Part shown: in pieces, positions 40,420 to 54,829 of the stretch
Layout: every line of letters begins with the position of its first letter
Position numbering within the stretch: the stretch's first letter is position 1
Assembly: GCF_006345805.1 (NCBI RefSeq)
Contig: NC_043001.1
Location: 59,954,001-60,018,000, forward strand
Source of the DNA: Octopus sinensis
Taxonomy: Eukaryota
Length of the DNA stretch: 64,000 nucleotides
Direction: 5' to 3'
Notes under the pieces: model-generated
The model's input: the letters and a program-made list of their open reading frames with translations, nothing else
The model's database searches: none
What the model was told of the DNA's origin: nothing
Translations under genes and position numbers: made by a program

Positions 40420-40929
40420 CCGTAAATCCTCGAGTATAATCCGCATTTTTTCCCCAAAATTTAATGGTCAAAATCCTTAGTGCGTAAGATATACGAGGTT
40501 AAAAATGAATTGTTTTTCCTAAGCAACATCCGAGTCTCTATTTGCTGTCCGGCAATGTTTATTCAGACGCATTTTATGATGTCGGGCGCGAAAATACCTT
40601 AAACTAAGCTTGAAAGCAATGAAGTCATAAAAGCATCATCCATAACTTGCTGTAAGCAACATTTATTCAACGTTATTACTGTTATTTCTTTTTTTTTCTG
40701 CAAGCAAAATCCACAAAAAAGCTACACGTTTGCATTGTTATATATACAATAATAATAAAGGACATTACCGTATAAAGTTTTACAAACCAAGGACGTTATA
40801 TAGACCTCCTTGACTCAAGTTAGAGAAGGGGTGCGTATTATACACAAGGTTTAGGTTTTTCAGAGGTGCAGCCCCCTAAAATCCCCTGCGTATTATACTC
40901 AAGGGCGGGCTATACTCGAGGATTTACGG
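40420..40929. mobile_element. Tc1/mariner-superfamily MITE
   Basis: TIR ccgtaaatcctcgagtata / tatactcgaggatttacgg; subterminal tgcgtattatac repeats; TA at the left end. Confidence 0.8.
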
Positions 40930-40944
40930 GAATTATTATTATTA

Positions 40945-41002
<58 letters not shown>

Positions 41003-41003
<1 letters not shown>

Positions 41004-41985
41004 TATGTTTGTCTTTTGCTTTATATTTGTACAAGTTGGCTCCAAATCTCACCCAGAGACCTCAAGAGACAACAGGTTGGAAGTTCATGTTGTTGTTATG
41101 CCTAGTGTGCCATATATTTGGGGGGGGGGAGTTTTTGGTGTTGTACTAATGAATGTCTAAAAAAAATAATAAAATAAATAAATAAATAAAAATAATTTTT
41201 TTTTTCCCTTAAAAACCGAAAATTATGTTTGTTTTAAACCTTGAGATTACATAGAAAGTATTTTGCGTAGGATATGAGCAGTTCCGAGGCGCACTATCTT
41301 TTGAATTTCTGCCATTTTTGGGTTTCCTGGTATCTGAGTTAGGTAGCTATCAGCCCCTTTTGCTATCATTCCCAGGGCACCTATGAAAACAGGTATTGTT
41401 TTAGTCTTCAGGTTCCACATTTTTCTGATTTCTATTTCAAGATCTTTATACTTGCTCAGTTTTTGGTAGGTCTTGACAGATACGTTTGTAACGATTGGGA
41501 CAGTCATATCAATGAGGAGGCATGTTCTTTGTTTGAGGTCTTTCAATATGATATCTGGCCTATTTGCATCTATCTTTCTGTCATTTTGAATGTTGACGTT
41601 CCAGAGGAGTGAGATATGGTCATTTTCAAGCACTGGGGGTGGTTTGTGTTCCCACCAGTTTTTTTCATGGGGCAAATCCAGGTTTTTGCAGATTTACCCA
41701 GTGAATATATTGTGCAGCTCTATCGTGTCTGTTGAGATACTCTGTAGGCGCTAGAAGACTGCACTTGGAGACCACATGGTCAATAGTTTCATTTTGTTGC
41801 TGGCATACACGACACGTTGGACTGCTTCTGATCTTTAATATGTTGGCCTGGTAGTTTCTTGTTGGTAGACATCGATCTTGAGCTGCTATGATAAACTCCT
41901 CTGTTTCAGATTTTAATCCAGAGGCCATTAGCCATTGATGGGTCAGGGCTTTGTCAACATCTGCATTATTTGCTCTCTTTGGTTT
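41003..41985 (-). mobile_element. R4/Dong-like LINE 3' fragment ending in (TAA)n
   Basis: CRVCQQQNETIDHVVSKC, RHD, RPDIILKD...IDMTVP...KYKDL restriction-like endonuclease; (TTA)n at 40932-41002. Confidence 0.9.
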
Positions 41986-42193
41986 ATTACCAACTATGAC
42001 ATATTTTTCTAGCATACCAATGAGGATACCAAAAACATTGGCAACAGAAACAGCTGTTTGACGGCATGCATTCTTCTTATAAACAATTACTAAATGATGA
42101 TTTATGTAAACCAATTGTTGTTCATCAATATTGCCTCCATTTTCTGCTTTCTTTATATATGTATATATATGTGTGTGTATATATATGTATGTG

Positions 42194-42236
<43 letters not shown>

Positions 42237-42238
<2 letters not shown>

Positions 42239-43638
42239 GGTTAAGTAATTGAGATTCTAGTGAATTCTAAAGAATTCACATGAATATGGTCCTTAACTAG
42301 GATGCACCGGATATCTATATGGTGTTAGCCATACGACAAGTGGGGTGATTATAAAAGGAAAAAAGCAACAAGAATGGATTAAAATATCGGTACGATCGTT
42401 TCGTACGAGGACATCTTTAATAAGCTACAAAAAATGCAGTGAATACAGATGGCTCGTACTCGTCAGCCGAAAAAATATCAGAGAATTCCCAAACATCAAA
42501 AGGGGTAGATACAAAAGAGGTTTTAGGATTAACTGCATTGAAGAAAGTTCGATTCATGGAGATCCGATGAAAGGTTTTAAACCTATAGAATTTATGCATG
42601 TCTACATATAATATAATATAATATAGTGTAGTGTATTATAGTTTAGTATAATAATAATATAATTGTTTAATTTCATTTAATATTTTCATTTAATAACATT
42701 ATGTAGGTATTATAGTTTAGTATAATAATAATATAATAGTTTAATTTCATTTAAAAACAACCCCATTTTTCTTTCCTTTCTAATGACCTCTTTGTAACCT
42801 GACAATCTATTAATAGTAACATTTATAAATAAAGAAATAAATTGTTGACCTCAGTTCGAATTTGTTCCAAACAAACTTAGACATTTTTGTTAGTATCAAA
42901 TTGTGCCCATCCCCTTAGCTTCCCTTTCCTTTCTCTTTGACAGCTTAAATAGCAGTAACTGATTAAATTCCTACCCCCTTCCTCCTCTTTCTGTGATTCT
43001 TGAATATTTCATTAACTACCTGAACCACTACAATATAAGACTGTCATTTTTGCTTCTCATTCGGACTCCCTGATATTTTCGCATGATTGTACCCTAAATC
43101 CCTCCACAAAACTGGATTACGAACTATAAGGACATACACAAATTTTGTAAGTTCAAGACTTTTTCATCAGATCTCCAAAAAAATCGAACTTATCTGCGAT
43201 TCTTGTTAATTTCAATAACAATCTGTTCCTCTACACGACATGACAGTCACTATGTTTTTACTCAAACTTTCCTCTACATGATGTGGCAGTCACTTTGCCT
43301 CTTACTCGGATTTTCAGAAATTTTGCATGACTGTATCCGAAAATTTCTTCATACAACTTGATCAAATATTCAATATGAGCTATATGTAGACATGCATAAA
43401 TTCTATAGGTTTAAAACCTTTCATCGGATCTCCATGAATCGAACTTTCTTCAATGCAGTTAATCCTACAACCTCTTTTGTATCTACCCCTTTTGATGTTT
43501 GGGAATTCTCTGATATTTTTTCGGCTGACGAGTACGAGCCATCTGTATTCACTGCATTTTTTGTAGCTTATTAAAGATGTCCTCGTACGAAACGATCGTA
43601 CCGAGATTTTAATCCATTCTTGTTGCTTTTTTCCTATT
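42237..43638. mobile_element. Retrozyme/Penelope-terminal-repeat-like element with two divergent HHR arms in (TA)n
   Basis: 42356-42607 is the reverse complement of 43384-43635; (TA)n on both sides. Confidence 0.85.
43520..43605 (+). ncRNA. Type I hammerhead ribozyme with extended stem II (inverted copy at 42387-42470)
   Basis: ttcgg CTGACGA gtacgag...ctcgtac GAAA cgatcg TA ccgag. Confidence 0.9.
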
Positions 43639-44089
43639 TATATATATATATATAATGTGTGCGCATGCGCGCGTGTATGCAGGTATAAAATATGCCATGG
43701 TACACAATTTATATGCTGTTTATATCTAAATGAATCGTAAACACTTGAACAAATATGTTTACCTACGTCACATGTAATTCCTTCGAGAGTATATTTCACC
43801 ATAGTGTCCAGAACATTGTTGGACCTAGTGTCCGGTGTATACAATGAGGAAATTGATATCTGCGATATTAGACAAGAGCGGAGATAAATTTTAGCTCCTG
43901 ATTCTAAATACATCAGTTTTTCTCCATTCACACTTGTCGAGATTTATACCACTAATTGCTATGTTTACTATCTACTGGGAAGAACGATTGATGGCTTCAA
44001 TTCATTCTTGTTGCCTTTTAAATATTAGAATGACTTCATATAAAAAGAATGTTTATTTGTGATTAAATTTCATGCATAGAATCAGTTAG

Positions 44090-45076
44090 TGATGAAAAAA
44101 ATTATCAGACATCTCACGAAAGCACTATTCAATGATCTGCCCTAGGACCATCACATTGAACAGTCCGGCAATAATCCACCATTATAGGGCTATGTCACTG
44201 TCCCCGTTATATTTTTCCCATAGTTTTCAACTCTTAGTGAAATCGTTCACACTATTTATCACTTACGTAACCAATGGTGTCTAGGAAACACACCAAGTGA
44301 CTGTGGGGGTAATGTTTTTGGTGCTCATATTACAGCCAAGTTCGAAAATTTCTTACAACCAGAGTAAAAGCAGACAATGAATTGTCCACAAAATTGTTTA
44401 TTGAATCTTTAAAATGTGTTTTTATGAATTGGTGATTTGCGGCACGAAGACAAAACCTGTCTTCAGTTCTCCATGCCTAGCGCTGGAAATTTTCTAAATA
44501 TCTCGTCAAAGAAGAACGTTTCTATTTGCAAAGTCTTCACAAACTGTTACGTTAAACAGTTTTATGTAAGTGTTGGTAAAACGATCTGATCTCTATCAAG
44601 CAAGGGTCTTGAAATTACATACCCTTTTACCAACAGCTATGTTTTTTCTTAAAGGGCAAAGTCTTCTCACCTTCGCTCCTACTTAGAGTTGCTATCCTAG
44701 AGACAGATAAGATAATTATGATGTATGCAGATTAGACATTGGTGGTCGTGATATATCTTCTGGAAGACCAGGGTGATTGTTTCTGTTGTTCAGTCATCGT
44801 AGTTGAGCGACCTGGTGGGATTGATACAAATTTGTTGGAATACATTTAAAATTCTACTTAGAACTATTTATGTATAACCCCCATTTTCTTTGGATGTATT
44901 TTTATACGCCGACTTTCATCAGCAAATCCTAAACATTACGAAATAAACAGAAATAATTTTCTGGGTGAAGAGCAGCAAATCTGTTCCTCTATTGCGAAAG
45001 TATTCAATTTTGTTTCAGTTCATTCTCAAAAACTAGAGCTGCTAGAGTAAAATGAAGGACATGTTTTTAATCAGTG
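44090..45076 (-). mobile_element. Decayed DNA transposon transposase (TcMar-ISRm11-like)
   Basis: Fragments DQIVLPTL.., QFVKTL...FRKFPALGME, LGCNMS, SD...ERFH and MVDYC resemble the LPPLHIKLGLMKQFVKAL...ERFHQ...MADYCW family; recognised from memory. Confidence 0.55.
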
Positions 45077-46104
45077 GCATAAATATAACTAGAATCAAGT
45101 CTAAAATCGGAGGTAAAACAGCATTTCAAAGAAATGGTTCCTTTTAGAATTATAAAGTATGAAATACGAATCGATGTTTGAAAAATTTGCTATGTGTAAA
45201 AGAATTTTGTTATTACAAACTGTCAAATATTCTAAATTTTTCGAAAAACAAAAACGAATATGTACTACAATGACAAATGTTAATGTATCCACATAGCCAG
45301 GGATTTTCATGAACAAATAGGAGCAATAAATTCAACGTTTATTGTTCCAGTAAACATCATACAATATTCATTAAATATTAAAATATATAATTGTTTTTAA
45401 TAGGTAAGACAAAGTAATTTGTATTTTATTTAATTTTTGAAATTGTTTAGAGTCTAGCACATGAAGAAAACAGATGTTGAATAGTTCCGCGCCATTGTTG
45501 TAATTTAAGATGCTGACGATTTCGTCACTGTCATCTGTTATTCAGACATTTTAAACTTACATATTCTCAAATGATGCGTACTTTAATTTTGAAACTCATT
45601 TTCTTGACAAAAACGTTCCATATGTTATGCTCTACACGAGTTGCAATTAAGGCGCTTATCGAAGTTTTATGTTTATATTTTATATATTTTTTTGTGCCTT
45701 AAAATAAACAATGTATGTTCAACAAGTAGAAATAACAGGGCAAACAAAGCTTCATTCACTATAGATCTTAGTCGAACTGAAATATATAATATAATCATTT
45801 CATACATCAAATATTCAATTTACCTGTCATAAGATAGTTAACAAAATTTGGCATATCATACAAACTATGATTTCCAAATAACTAGTATTAAATAGATATT
45901 CCTCACATTATGATGCATGTGTTCGAAAATGGATTGCAGGGAAAAAACAATTGCTTAGTAAAAGTTTCTATTAACTTTCTATATTGTCTTTGTATTTTGA
46001 TTACTAAGATAAGTTTTGATTTTTACTAAATTCGGGTAAAGAAAGAATGTAAAGACAACGGGACTATTTTGGTAAATAATTCTGAAATATTGTTCAGAAC
46101 TATA

Positions 46105-46530
46105 GTCGCAAGCGTAGCTGTAAGGTAAGAAATTTGCTTCTCAACCATACGGTTTTGGGTTAAGTCCCATTGCCTTGTACTTTTTCTACAATATCCTAGG
46201 ATTAACCAAAAACATTTAAGTGGATGTGGTAAAAGGTAACTGAAAGACGTCCGACGTATGTGTGTGCGTGTTTCCGCGTGTGTATATATGAGTGTGCGTG
46301 CGCGCGCGTGTGTGTGTGTGTGTGAGTGCTCGCGTTTGTGTGTTTTTCTCCCACCACTGCTTTTACGTCCCCGTAGCTTAGCGGTTCGGCAAATAAAACG
46401 ATAGAATAAGTACCGGGTTTAAAGGATATGTACTTTGGTTTGATTTGCTCGACTAAAATTCCTCAAGACGATGCTCTAGCATGACCGCAGTCTAATGACT
46501 AGAACAATTCAAAGATAAAAGATAAAGATA
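46105..46530 (+). mobile_element. Octopus-type tRNA-derived SINE, full length, diverged
   Basis: A-box-like tagctgtaagg and B-box-like gggttaagtccc; body matches 32188-32520; (aaagat)n tail. Confidence 0.75.
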
Positions 46531-49500
46531 TTGTATATCGTAGGTAGAAGGCACCGAGTGTTAATAATTACATAAATCGATCTCACATAGAATAGGAGAA
46601 AAGCAGTTTGATATTAGAATTTTAAAAGAAATATTTTATTGAATATGACAAAAGTACAATAAAACATTAAAAATGCTATTCAAGAAGTCGTTACATTCCA
46701 TCGTATATAAAACGTGGTACGAGTAATTATACCTAATCAGATATGGAAATCAACTCATTATATTAAGAGCCGGTCAGACATACAATTGGAAACTAGCAAA
46801 TGACGAAGTTCTAAATATCTGTTTTTTCCATATGCCCTCCTACATTACAACTGAATAAAAATATAGAAAAACATATTACCATGTCTGCATGAAATACACA
46901 GGCGTGACTTTCGTCAGCTGATTTGGGCTGATTTAGGCTAAGTTGCATTGAAGTAATGACTGAGAATATATTCATGTGCATATTGTAATATATTTTGAAG
47001 ATCTTTTTCTGTGTATGAGTTGTCTTTTTGTATATATTCACGCGTAGTACATGCATATAAACAAACGGAACCTATAGTTACTGTCCAAACATGTTCAAAA
47101 ACACTTACTGTTCCAAATACTCGAACCTATGCACACAAATTGTGATGCACACATACAAGCACTCATTGATAGACACAAATACCCTACAATAAACACGGCA
47201 ATATATGTACACTTTCGATTATACACATATTTTTAAACTGTCTCAGTGTATCATTTTATCACATAATTCACTTACTTTCCTCTACCCAGTCCATTACCTA
47301 AGATTCGAAACCTACATTTAGGCAAAACAATAAACCAGAAATAATGAACTACTCTAAAGTATGTCTCATTATTTACTTGCATTTCCGAAGCCCAAGCACG
47401 TCTACACCTACACCCGCATACATTCATATGTGTGTATGTATGTAGGTATGTATGTATGTTTGTATGTATGTATGTATGTATGTATGTATGTATGTATGTA
47501 TGTATGTATGTATGAATGTATGTGTGTATGTATGTTTGCATACAACAACTCACCACCAAAACACCTCATTTTAAGAAAATTACAACTCCAGACCTGTTAT
47601 AAAAGCAGAACTACAATTACACATCCAAAAACAAAATATGAGTACACGTGCGCAGAGATTCACCAAGATAAATTTACATAAACATTAGTTTTGGTACCAA
47701 CGCGTACTGCAGTCACCATTTGATTCTAATGCCATTAACAATAATATTTTTTTATTTATTCCAATTATATCATGCTCACTGCCAACATTAAAGTTCCAGA
47801 CTAGTATTTCCCAATCCATTTGATGCGTCAACAACACCACAATTAGTACATACACGCACTAACTTGCACGCACATATTGAACATAAATGCACAGGCAAAT
47901 TCTGTGGATAATTTTCAGATGTACTGGGCTGACAGTGCTACTAGGAGACGATACCGAATCGAGATAAATTCTATAGGCACGGAAGTACTGTCAAGCAGAC
48001 TTGTCTGAGGAGCACACAGCGTGACGAAACGGTTATGCACGCACTTTTCAGTGTTTGGGTATTGGTGACTTCTGGAACTATGTCGGAAAGCTTCTGTCGC
48101 GCGTAGGACAGATCGGTCTGTCGGTTTGGATTGACCTGATGCTATCTTTTAATTGGACAAGTAAGTCAGTTTTCTTTGACTGGTGGCTGTGGCATCAGAT
48201 GTCATCTAATGGACGAAACTGAAAGGCATAAGTTTAGGGTCATTAATATCCGGTAGAGATTCAAGTTTCACGTGAAGAGGAAAGTAAGGATAAAGAAGGA
48301 GGTGCTGTCTTCGAGTAAATTTATTGAAAGGTGGGTGAAATTTGTGAAAATGGCAAGAGTGAATGTAAGTTGAAGAAAAGTAATCGGCGATAGCACTTTC
48401 CCTTGCTGTTCAGGGAGATCTTGGAAGGTGGGCTTTCTCAATTATTCCTAGAGTTCCTCCTGTATCAGGAAGATCACATCGCTATGATCCTTCCTTTCTT
48501 TGTTTCATTTTACACAGTGTATACTCCCCTACTTCTTTATTGTTATTATCAATATTTCCGATGTTCGTCCTAAAGTATAAGGAAACATACATTTTAATTA
48601 TTCTGATTATTTATCTTACATTTTATTCTCTACTTCTCATCTTACATTTTATTCTCTACTTCTCAGTATTTTACAATATTACATATTTCAAATTATTTCC
48701 GTTTCTCTTTTTAGATGTTTCCATTCTTTACCGTTCGTTTTCCTACGCATTGCATATATGTGTTTTCAGAATTAGGCGTACACGAATGTGCTTTTATTCG
48801 TACGTTCAATCTTACCATTTTCTATTACCATCATCTCACATAAGCAAGCATCTTATTTCTTTGCTTATAATGAAAGTGATCTACCTTCATGTCTATGTAT
48901 GTATACATACATACATACATACATACATACATACATACATAAACACATGTGTGTGTGCGCGTGCTTGTATGTATATATGAATATATATATATATATAGTG
49001 CTTGTATGTATATATGAATATATATACATATAATGCTTGTATGCATTATATGAAAATATACCTACCTATTTCAGAGGAGCATATGCTTCTAATATTGAGC
49101 AATGCATTGATTCTGGTGAGACAATGTTATATTTCTGAGAATGTCAATTTCAATAAAGATTGTGTTAAAGAACGTTGAGAATACGTGTTTTTATTCATAA
49201 ACTATTGTGAAAAGATTGGATACTGCACTAAGAACACCTTAATTTGCAAATATTTCATTAATCGTATATACCATATATTTTTTTATGTCAAATATACAGA
49301 ATTTATCAACTTTAGCCGGCATTTGTTTAATTATATATGAACGAAAGTTGTCTCCAATAATTTACACATGCATGATGATGTCCTCTGTTATAGAATCATG
49401 TTTGGGTTATAAAATTCTCCGTTTCCATTTCAGTAAGTATATATATAAATATATGCATACCTATATTTATTTATTTACTTGTTTATTTTTTATTAATTAT

Positions 49501-49533
49501 GTATTTAATTATTTATATACACACATTTATATA

Positions 49534-49739
49534 CGAGGGGGTGCTGAAAAGTTTCTGACTTTAAGGGTATCCTGAAAGGCCCGGCTAGAGCTTATCATTT
49601 TGAGTTCTTTTACAGACATACTGAAGGAACGCTGCAATATGTGTGGGAATCTTAGAGAGGAATATGTCGAATATAATCATCATATAATCCTACAGTATTT
49701 TCTTTTTCCAAAAGCCAGGAACTTTTCAACACCACAGCG
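49534..49739. mobile_element. Internally deleted mariner-type element/MITE
   Basis: TA-cgagggggtgctgaaaagtttctg ... caggaacttttcaacaccacagcg-TA. Confidence 0.7.
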
Positions 49740-49743
49740 TACA

Positions 49744-49795
<52 letters not shown>

Positions 49796-50081
49796 CATAA
49801 GTGGGGAGAACACCAGATAATTCACTCCACAAAGAAATATCCAGCTCGCTTCAATCAACAGAATTCATATAGAAGAATCATCAGAAGCACATACTTAATT
49901 GTTATATAGAATATATTAATATACATCAATATATTAAAAATCTATAAATGTATAGATATATAAAAATATATATCAATGCATAAAAATATATAGAGTAATT
50001 GATACACTTAAAAATATACAGATGGGAACACTGATAAATAAATATATTAAAATATATCGAAGATGTATAACTTTGTCTATG

Positions 50082-50145
<64 letters not shown>

Positions 50146-51004
50146 AGAGAGAAGTGCTCCGACTCACAGAATAAAATAAAAATGAAATTAAGGAAACGAA
50201 AGTTAAAAATCCTGGAAGAAATTGTAAAATATTAAGTGTTGTACGGTTGTTTCTCGGGGTTAATTGTCCGTAAAAATAAAAGGTATATATACCCATTATT
50301 GAGCAGAGGCTCCTTCTTCAGGGTTAATAGTGGTCATGCAAATCCACATTTAGTAGTAGTTGGAATGATAGAAAGTTTGTAGGCAATTATGTAGATCAAG
50401 AATTCAAAAAGGTAGAACGCAGAATTTAGGGAAGGAGGGAACATTTTTTTAATAAATTAAATTAGTGACTAGAAAAATGATGAGACTTAGTTTAACTAAG
50501 TACGTTAGTTTAACTCTAACTTGAATCACGTAAGTGCATAAATATTGAATAATACCTATGTTTGCATGAGCAAACTACGTCCGAAAGTTTATTTAATAGT
50601 AATGAATTATGAGAACGAAGGATGATAAGGGCTTCCTTAAGGCACAATTTACATCTTATAACAATTTTGTTATAAGAGGGAGCTCCCGTTACAATAGACT
50701 ATGCCAGTGTATATTTTATGTTTTTTTTTTACTTAAGACAATGAATGTGGTTAGCTAGCGTAGTTGAAGTTTTATAATTAAGATTGTTGAAAGAGTTTAA
50801 ATATGCACGATACCTACAATTTGAAATCTGTGGTGCTACTAATATGGATTTTTACTTGTGCTCCCTATGTTAATGTACAACGTTTATATATAACATTATA
50901 TAAAAATGTATGTATGTTTTTATGTGTGTATGTATGTGTGTGTATGTGCGTGTGTGCGAGTCTCTGCATATATAGTATATATGTATAAGTACACGGTAAT
51001 GTCT

Positions 51005-51315
51005 CGTACCTTAGTGGTTAGCGCATTCGGCTCACGATCGTAAGGTCATGAGTTCGAAAGACGGCAGTGCGTTTTGTCCTTGTGCAAGACACTGTATTTC
51101 ACATTGCTCCAGTCCACTCAGCTGGCAAAAATGTGTGATACCTGTAATTCAAAGGGCCAACCTTGTAACACTCTGTGTCATGCTGAATCTCTTTGAGAAC
51201 TACATTAAGGGTACGCGTGTCTGTGAATTGGTCTGCCACTTGCACGTTAATTTCACAAACAAGCTGTTTCCTTTATCGAATCACATGGAAACCCCGTCGT
51301 CGTAACCGATGGAGT
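51005..51315 (+). mobile_element. tRNA-derived SINE of a second family
   Basis: agtggttagcgcattcggctcacgatcgtaaggtcatgagttcga tRNA-like head followed by a non-tRNA body. Confidence 0.65.
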
Positions 51316-52668
51316 GTCATACGTGTTCAGGGTAAATGGGTAGGCATTATTGTTTTTATGTCTGTAAGAGTTGCCAGATTCTGTAGAGGGTCCCAAAAAA
51401 TGTCTCTCAATTTTCTTCTTGGCTCTCTGTGTGCTCAAATGAAATTTAATAGAGGACAACTTTGGTTTTCATACATTCAGTGTTGATAAGTAAAATTGGG
51501 AAAAGAAAAAATATCTATGAAGAAATTGTAGATCAATGTTTATTTCTAGTTTACAGACAGCATACATAAAAAGAAAATACTTTTACATACCGTCCGAAAT
51601 GAATTAAAATTTGTAAGCTAAAGCGAGTTCTATGGAAAAATTAAACTGATTTTGTCCTCAAACTGAGATGATGTATGGATAATCGTTCCTGCTACAGTGT
51701 AAAAAGAGATTACATTTTGATTAGGATGCGCACACACATTTTTGAGGAGTAAGAGCTGATATAAATCGGAATGTATGTGACCTCATAAATACAGTAATAA
51801 TGCAGTAAAGTGACTACTAAATGAAACATGCGACTTTGCTTCCAGTAACAGCCAAAGGCTAGATTTCTAGAACAATACAACCAATCAGTAAAATGATGAG
51901 GGAAAATAACTTCGGAGAGATAAAGAGTTGGTGAGTAGGTATGTGATAATATGGCAATTGTAATGTTGGACATGAGGTGTTGGGAGGAGAGAAGTAAGAA
52001 AGGCCAAGGTAATTATGGATCTGATTGGCTATGGACGCATGCATTAAAGTACATCAGACGACGATAAGTGAGTGCATCGCCGTCTCCACTACTGCACAAT
52101 ATACATATTGATTAACCTTGTCAAACCAGGTATGAGACATACATCGGTACCGTGGGCTATTGCCAATGACGTTCAGTCCATCTTTATTATGGCCCTGTCA
52201 TTGCAAGTTTTAGTTCTATTTATAATTGGGGGTAGAACTATATTACGCTGAATATGTCATCCATTGTAAAACAAATGTCCATCATATTATTATCAATTTG
52301 CGTTGCAGCCGAACTGTCGACTCATGAAGAGTTGAACCTAGTAACTTCAAGTGTGTGCAATTGATAGAGAAAGACATCATAACAAAAACAAAACGATAGA
52401 AAGTAAAGGCACAGAAAAATTACTTTCCGAATTTATTTCAGGGTTATTTTATACATAAAATTCCGCTGCCATTTGTGTACAAAAAAACACGTTCATATAC
52501 ATACACATTGAAGACACATATATAAACATATACATGCACATATGGAATGCGCTTGTGCTTATTTGTCTGCCTGCATGATCATGTACGCGCTTATTTATAT
52601 ACAGGTGTATGTTTGTATAACAATAAGTATACTCACACACAGACATAAACATAGAAGCCCTCCACCTC

Positions 52669-52713
<45 letters not shown>

Positions 52714-53290
52714 TATGTAGTAAAAGTATTCAGTTATATATTTTACACAAACCCAGTGTAAACTATGTTATAATATCAAACTTTCATATGAGTATGAATA
52801 TGTATAAACCAAGAATATTAGTAGCGTTATATTCAAAGCCTTTTAGAATTATATTACTCTATGTTATTTGTTTGATGATACTCTAAAACCGCAGATACAT
52901 ACATGTATGTATATATATATATATTATATATATATATATATATATAATATATATATATATAGGAATACATATAGAGAGACAGAAAAACTGAAATTTTCAG
53001 ATGTATAAGCATCTAGATATACATATATTTATAGAGAACGATTTACATACAATACAAAGCATACAAGAAACTAAAAGATGACATGGCATTTCAGAGACGA
53101 CAGCTGTTTCTGAGGATCAGAATTACGTAATGATTGTAATGTTGGTAGATGGAGTGTGCAAAGTGTCAAATATATGCAACCTGTAGTGTATGCATATAAA
53201 TATAACCCACAATTCAGCCTCCATCTTCAGGGTGGGAAAACTGCAATCTAATATTTCAGATCACTATGCAGTAAATTTAAGGCTAAATTT

Positions 53291-53353
<63 letters not shown>

Positions 53354-53360
<7 letters not shown>

Positions 53361-53680
53361 AAAAGTCAAGATAGAAAATGCTAAAATAATTTTATAAGAA
53401 ACATTTCACTACCGGTTTCAGTCATTGAGACTTTTCAACTGCACAATTAAATTTTGAAAACATTAAAAGAAAAATTAAAAGAAAAGTACTATGCAAATAT
53501 TCTTTTAAAAATCTTTCCTTTTAATTTTTCCAAAATTTATATGTTTTCTATACGTACTGTTGAAAAAGTCTCAATGACTGAAACCGGTACTGAAATGTTT
53601 CTATAAAATTATTTTAGCATTTTCTATCTTGACTTGTTTTTCATATATATCAACTCGTTTGTATCTTTTCAAACTTCTAC

Positions 53681-53682
<2 letters not shown>
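53354..53682. repeat. Short TA-flanked two-armed inverted element with HHR-like halves
   Basis: 53354-53442 is the reverse complement of 53559-53648; CTGTTGA aaa agtc-tcaat-gact GAAA ccgg TA. Confidence 0.6.
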
Positions 53683-53771
<89 letters not shown>

Positions 53772-53773
<2 letters not shown>

Positions 53774-54692
53774 ACAGCAAAATTAAGGAACGGCCATAAT
53801 AGGCCATTCAACCCACTAGAAATAACAGCCAGGCTTCAACCGCAAAACAATATTAATTCCGTAAACCAGGAGAAAATTTAAAAAACATTTACCCTGTAAT
53901 ACTTTATACGATGCATCGTTTCGTCTAATCGTTAATGGTAAATCAACCTGATTAAATTAAATCAAGCTAATCTTCCATAGGCCAGTAGATTCATCAGTAA
54001 AGTCAACCAGATCGGGGCAGATATTTTTACGAGGCAGTTCCACTACTGTCTCGGCAATATCTGACCTAAAATTTTCAAATCATCGCACTCGCGCCAAATT
54101 TATCGGCAGCAAATATAAGCTGCTGATTCCATTACGGAATTAAACAGAAAATTCATAATTAATCAATATAATTAATCAATATAGGGTGGCAAAAAATTTC
54201 GCAGAATTTTTTTGCCACCAGCGGCCTAGTGGGAAAAAAGTAAATAGTCATAGACCATTTATAAATTCAACAGCAAAATTAAGGAACGGCCATAATAGGC
54301 CATTCAACCCACTAGAAATAACAGCCAAGGCTTCAACCGCAAAACAATATTAATTCCGTAAACCAGGAGAAAATTTAAAAAACATTTACCCTGTAATACT
54401 TTATACGATGCATCGTTTCGTCTAATCTTTAATGGTAAATCAACCTGATTAAATTAAATCAAGCTAATCTTCCATAGGCCAGTAGATTCATCAGTAAAGT
54501 CAGCCAGATCGGGGCGGATATTTTCACGACGCAGTTCCACTACTGTCTCGGCAATATCTGACCTAAAATTTTCAAATCATCGCACTCGCGACAAATTTAT
54601 CGGCAGCAAATATAAGCTGCCGATTCATTACGGAATTAAACAGAAAATTCATAATTAATCAATATATTGATTAATTATGAATATATTGATTA
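53772..54692 (-). mobile_element. Retrozyme-like tandem array, 497 bp period, ~1.8 copies, in (TA)n, with a short terminal fold-back
   Basis: caacagcaaaattaaggaacggcc at ~53772 and ~54268. Confidence 0.85.
53901..54003 (-). ncRNA. Type I hammerhead with long stem-II insert (second copy at 54398-54500)
   Basis: acttta CTGATGA atcta...tagac GAAA cgatgcatcg TA taaagt. Confidence 0.8.
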
Positions 54693-54703
54693 AATATATA
54701 TAT

Positions 54704-54819
<116 letters not shown>

Positions 54820-54829
54820 CGTAAGCTAT

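Noticed and set aside
49835-49892. Minus-strand CTGATGA in a TA-flanked segment
   Set aside because: GAAA, stem I and the cleavage triplet are not convincingly present
51005-51065. tRNA gene
   Set aside because: Acceptor stem and T-arm are incomplete and it runs into a SINE body
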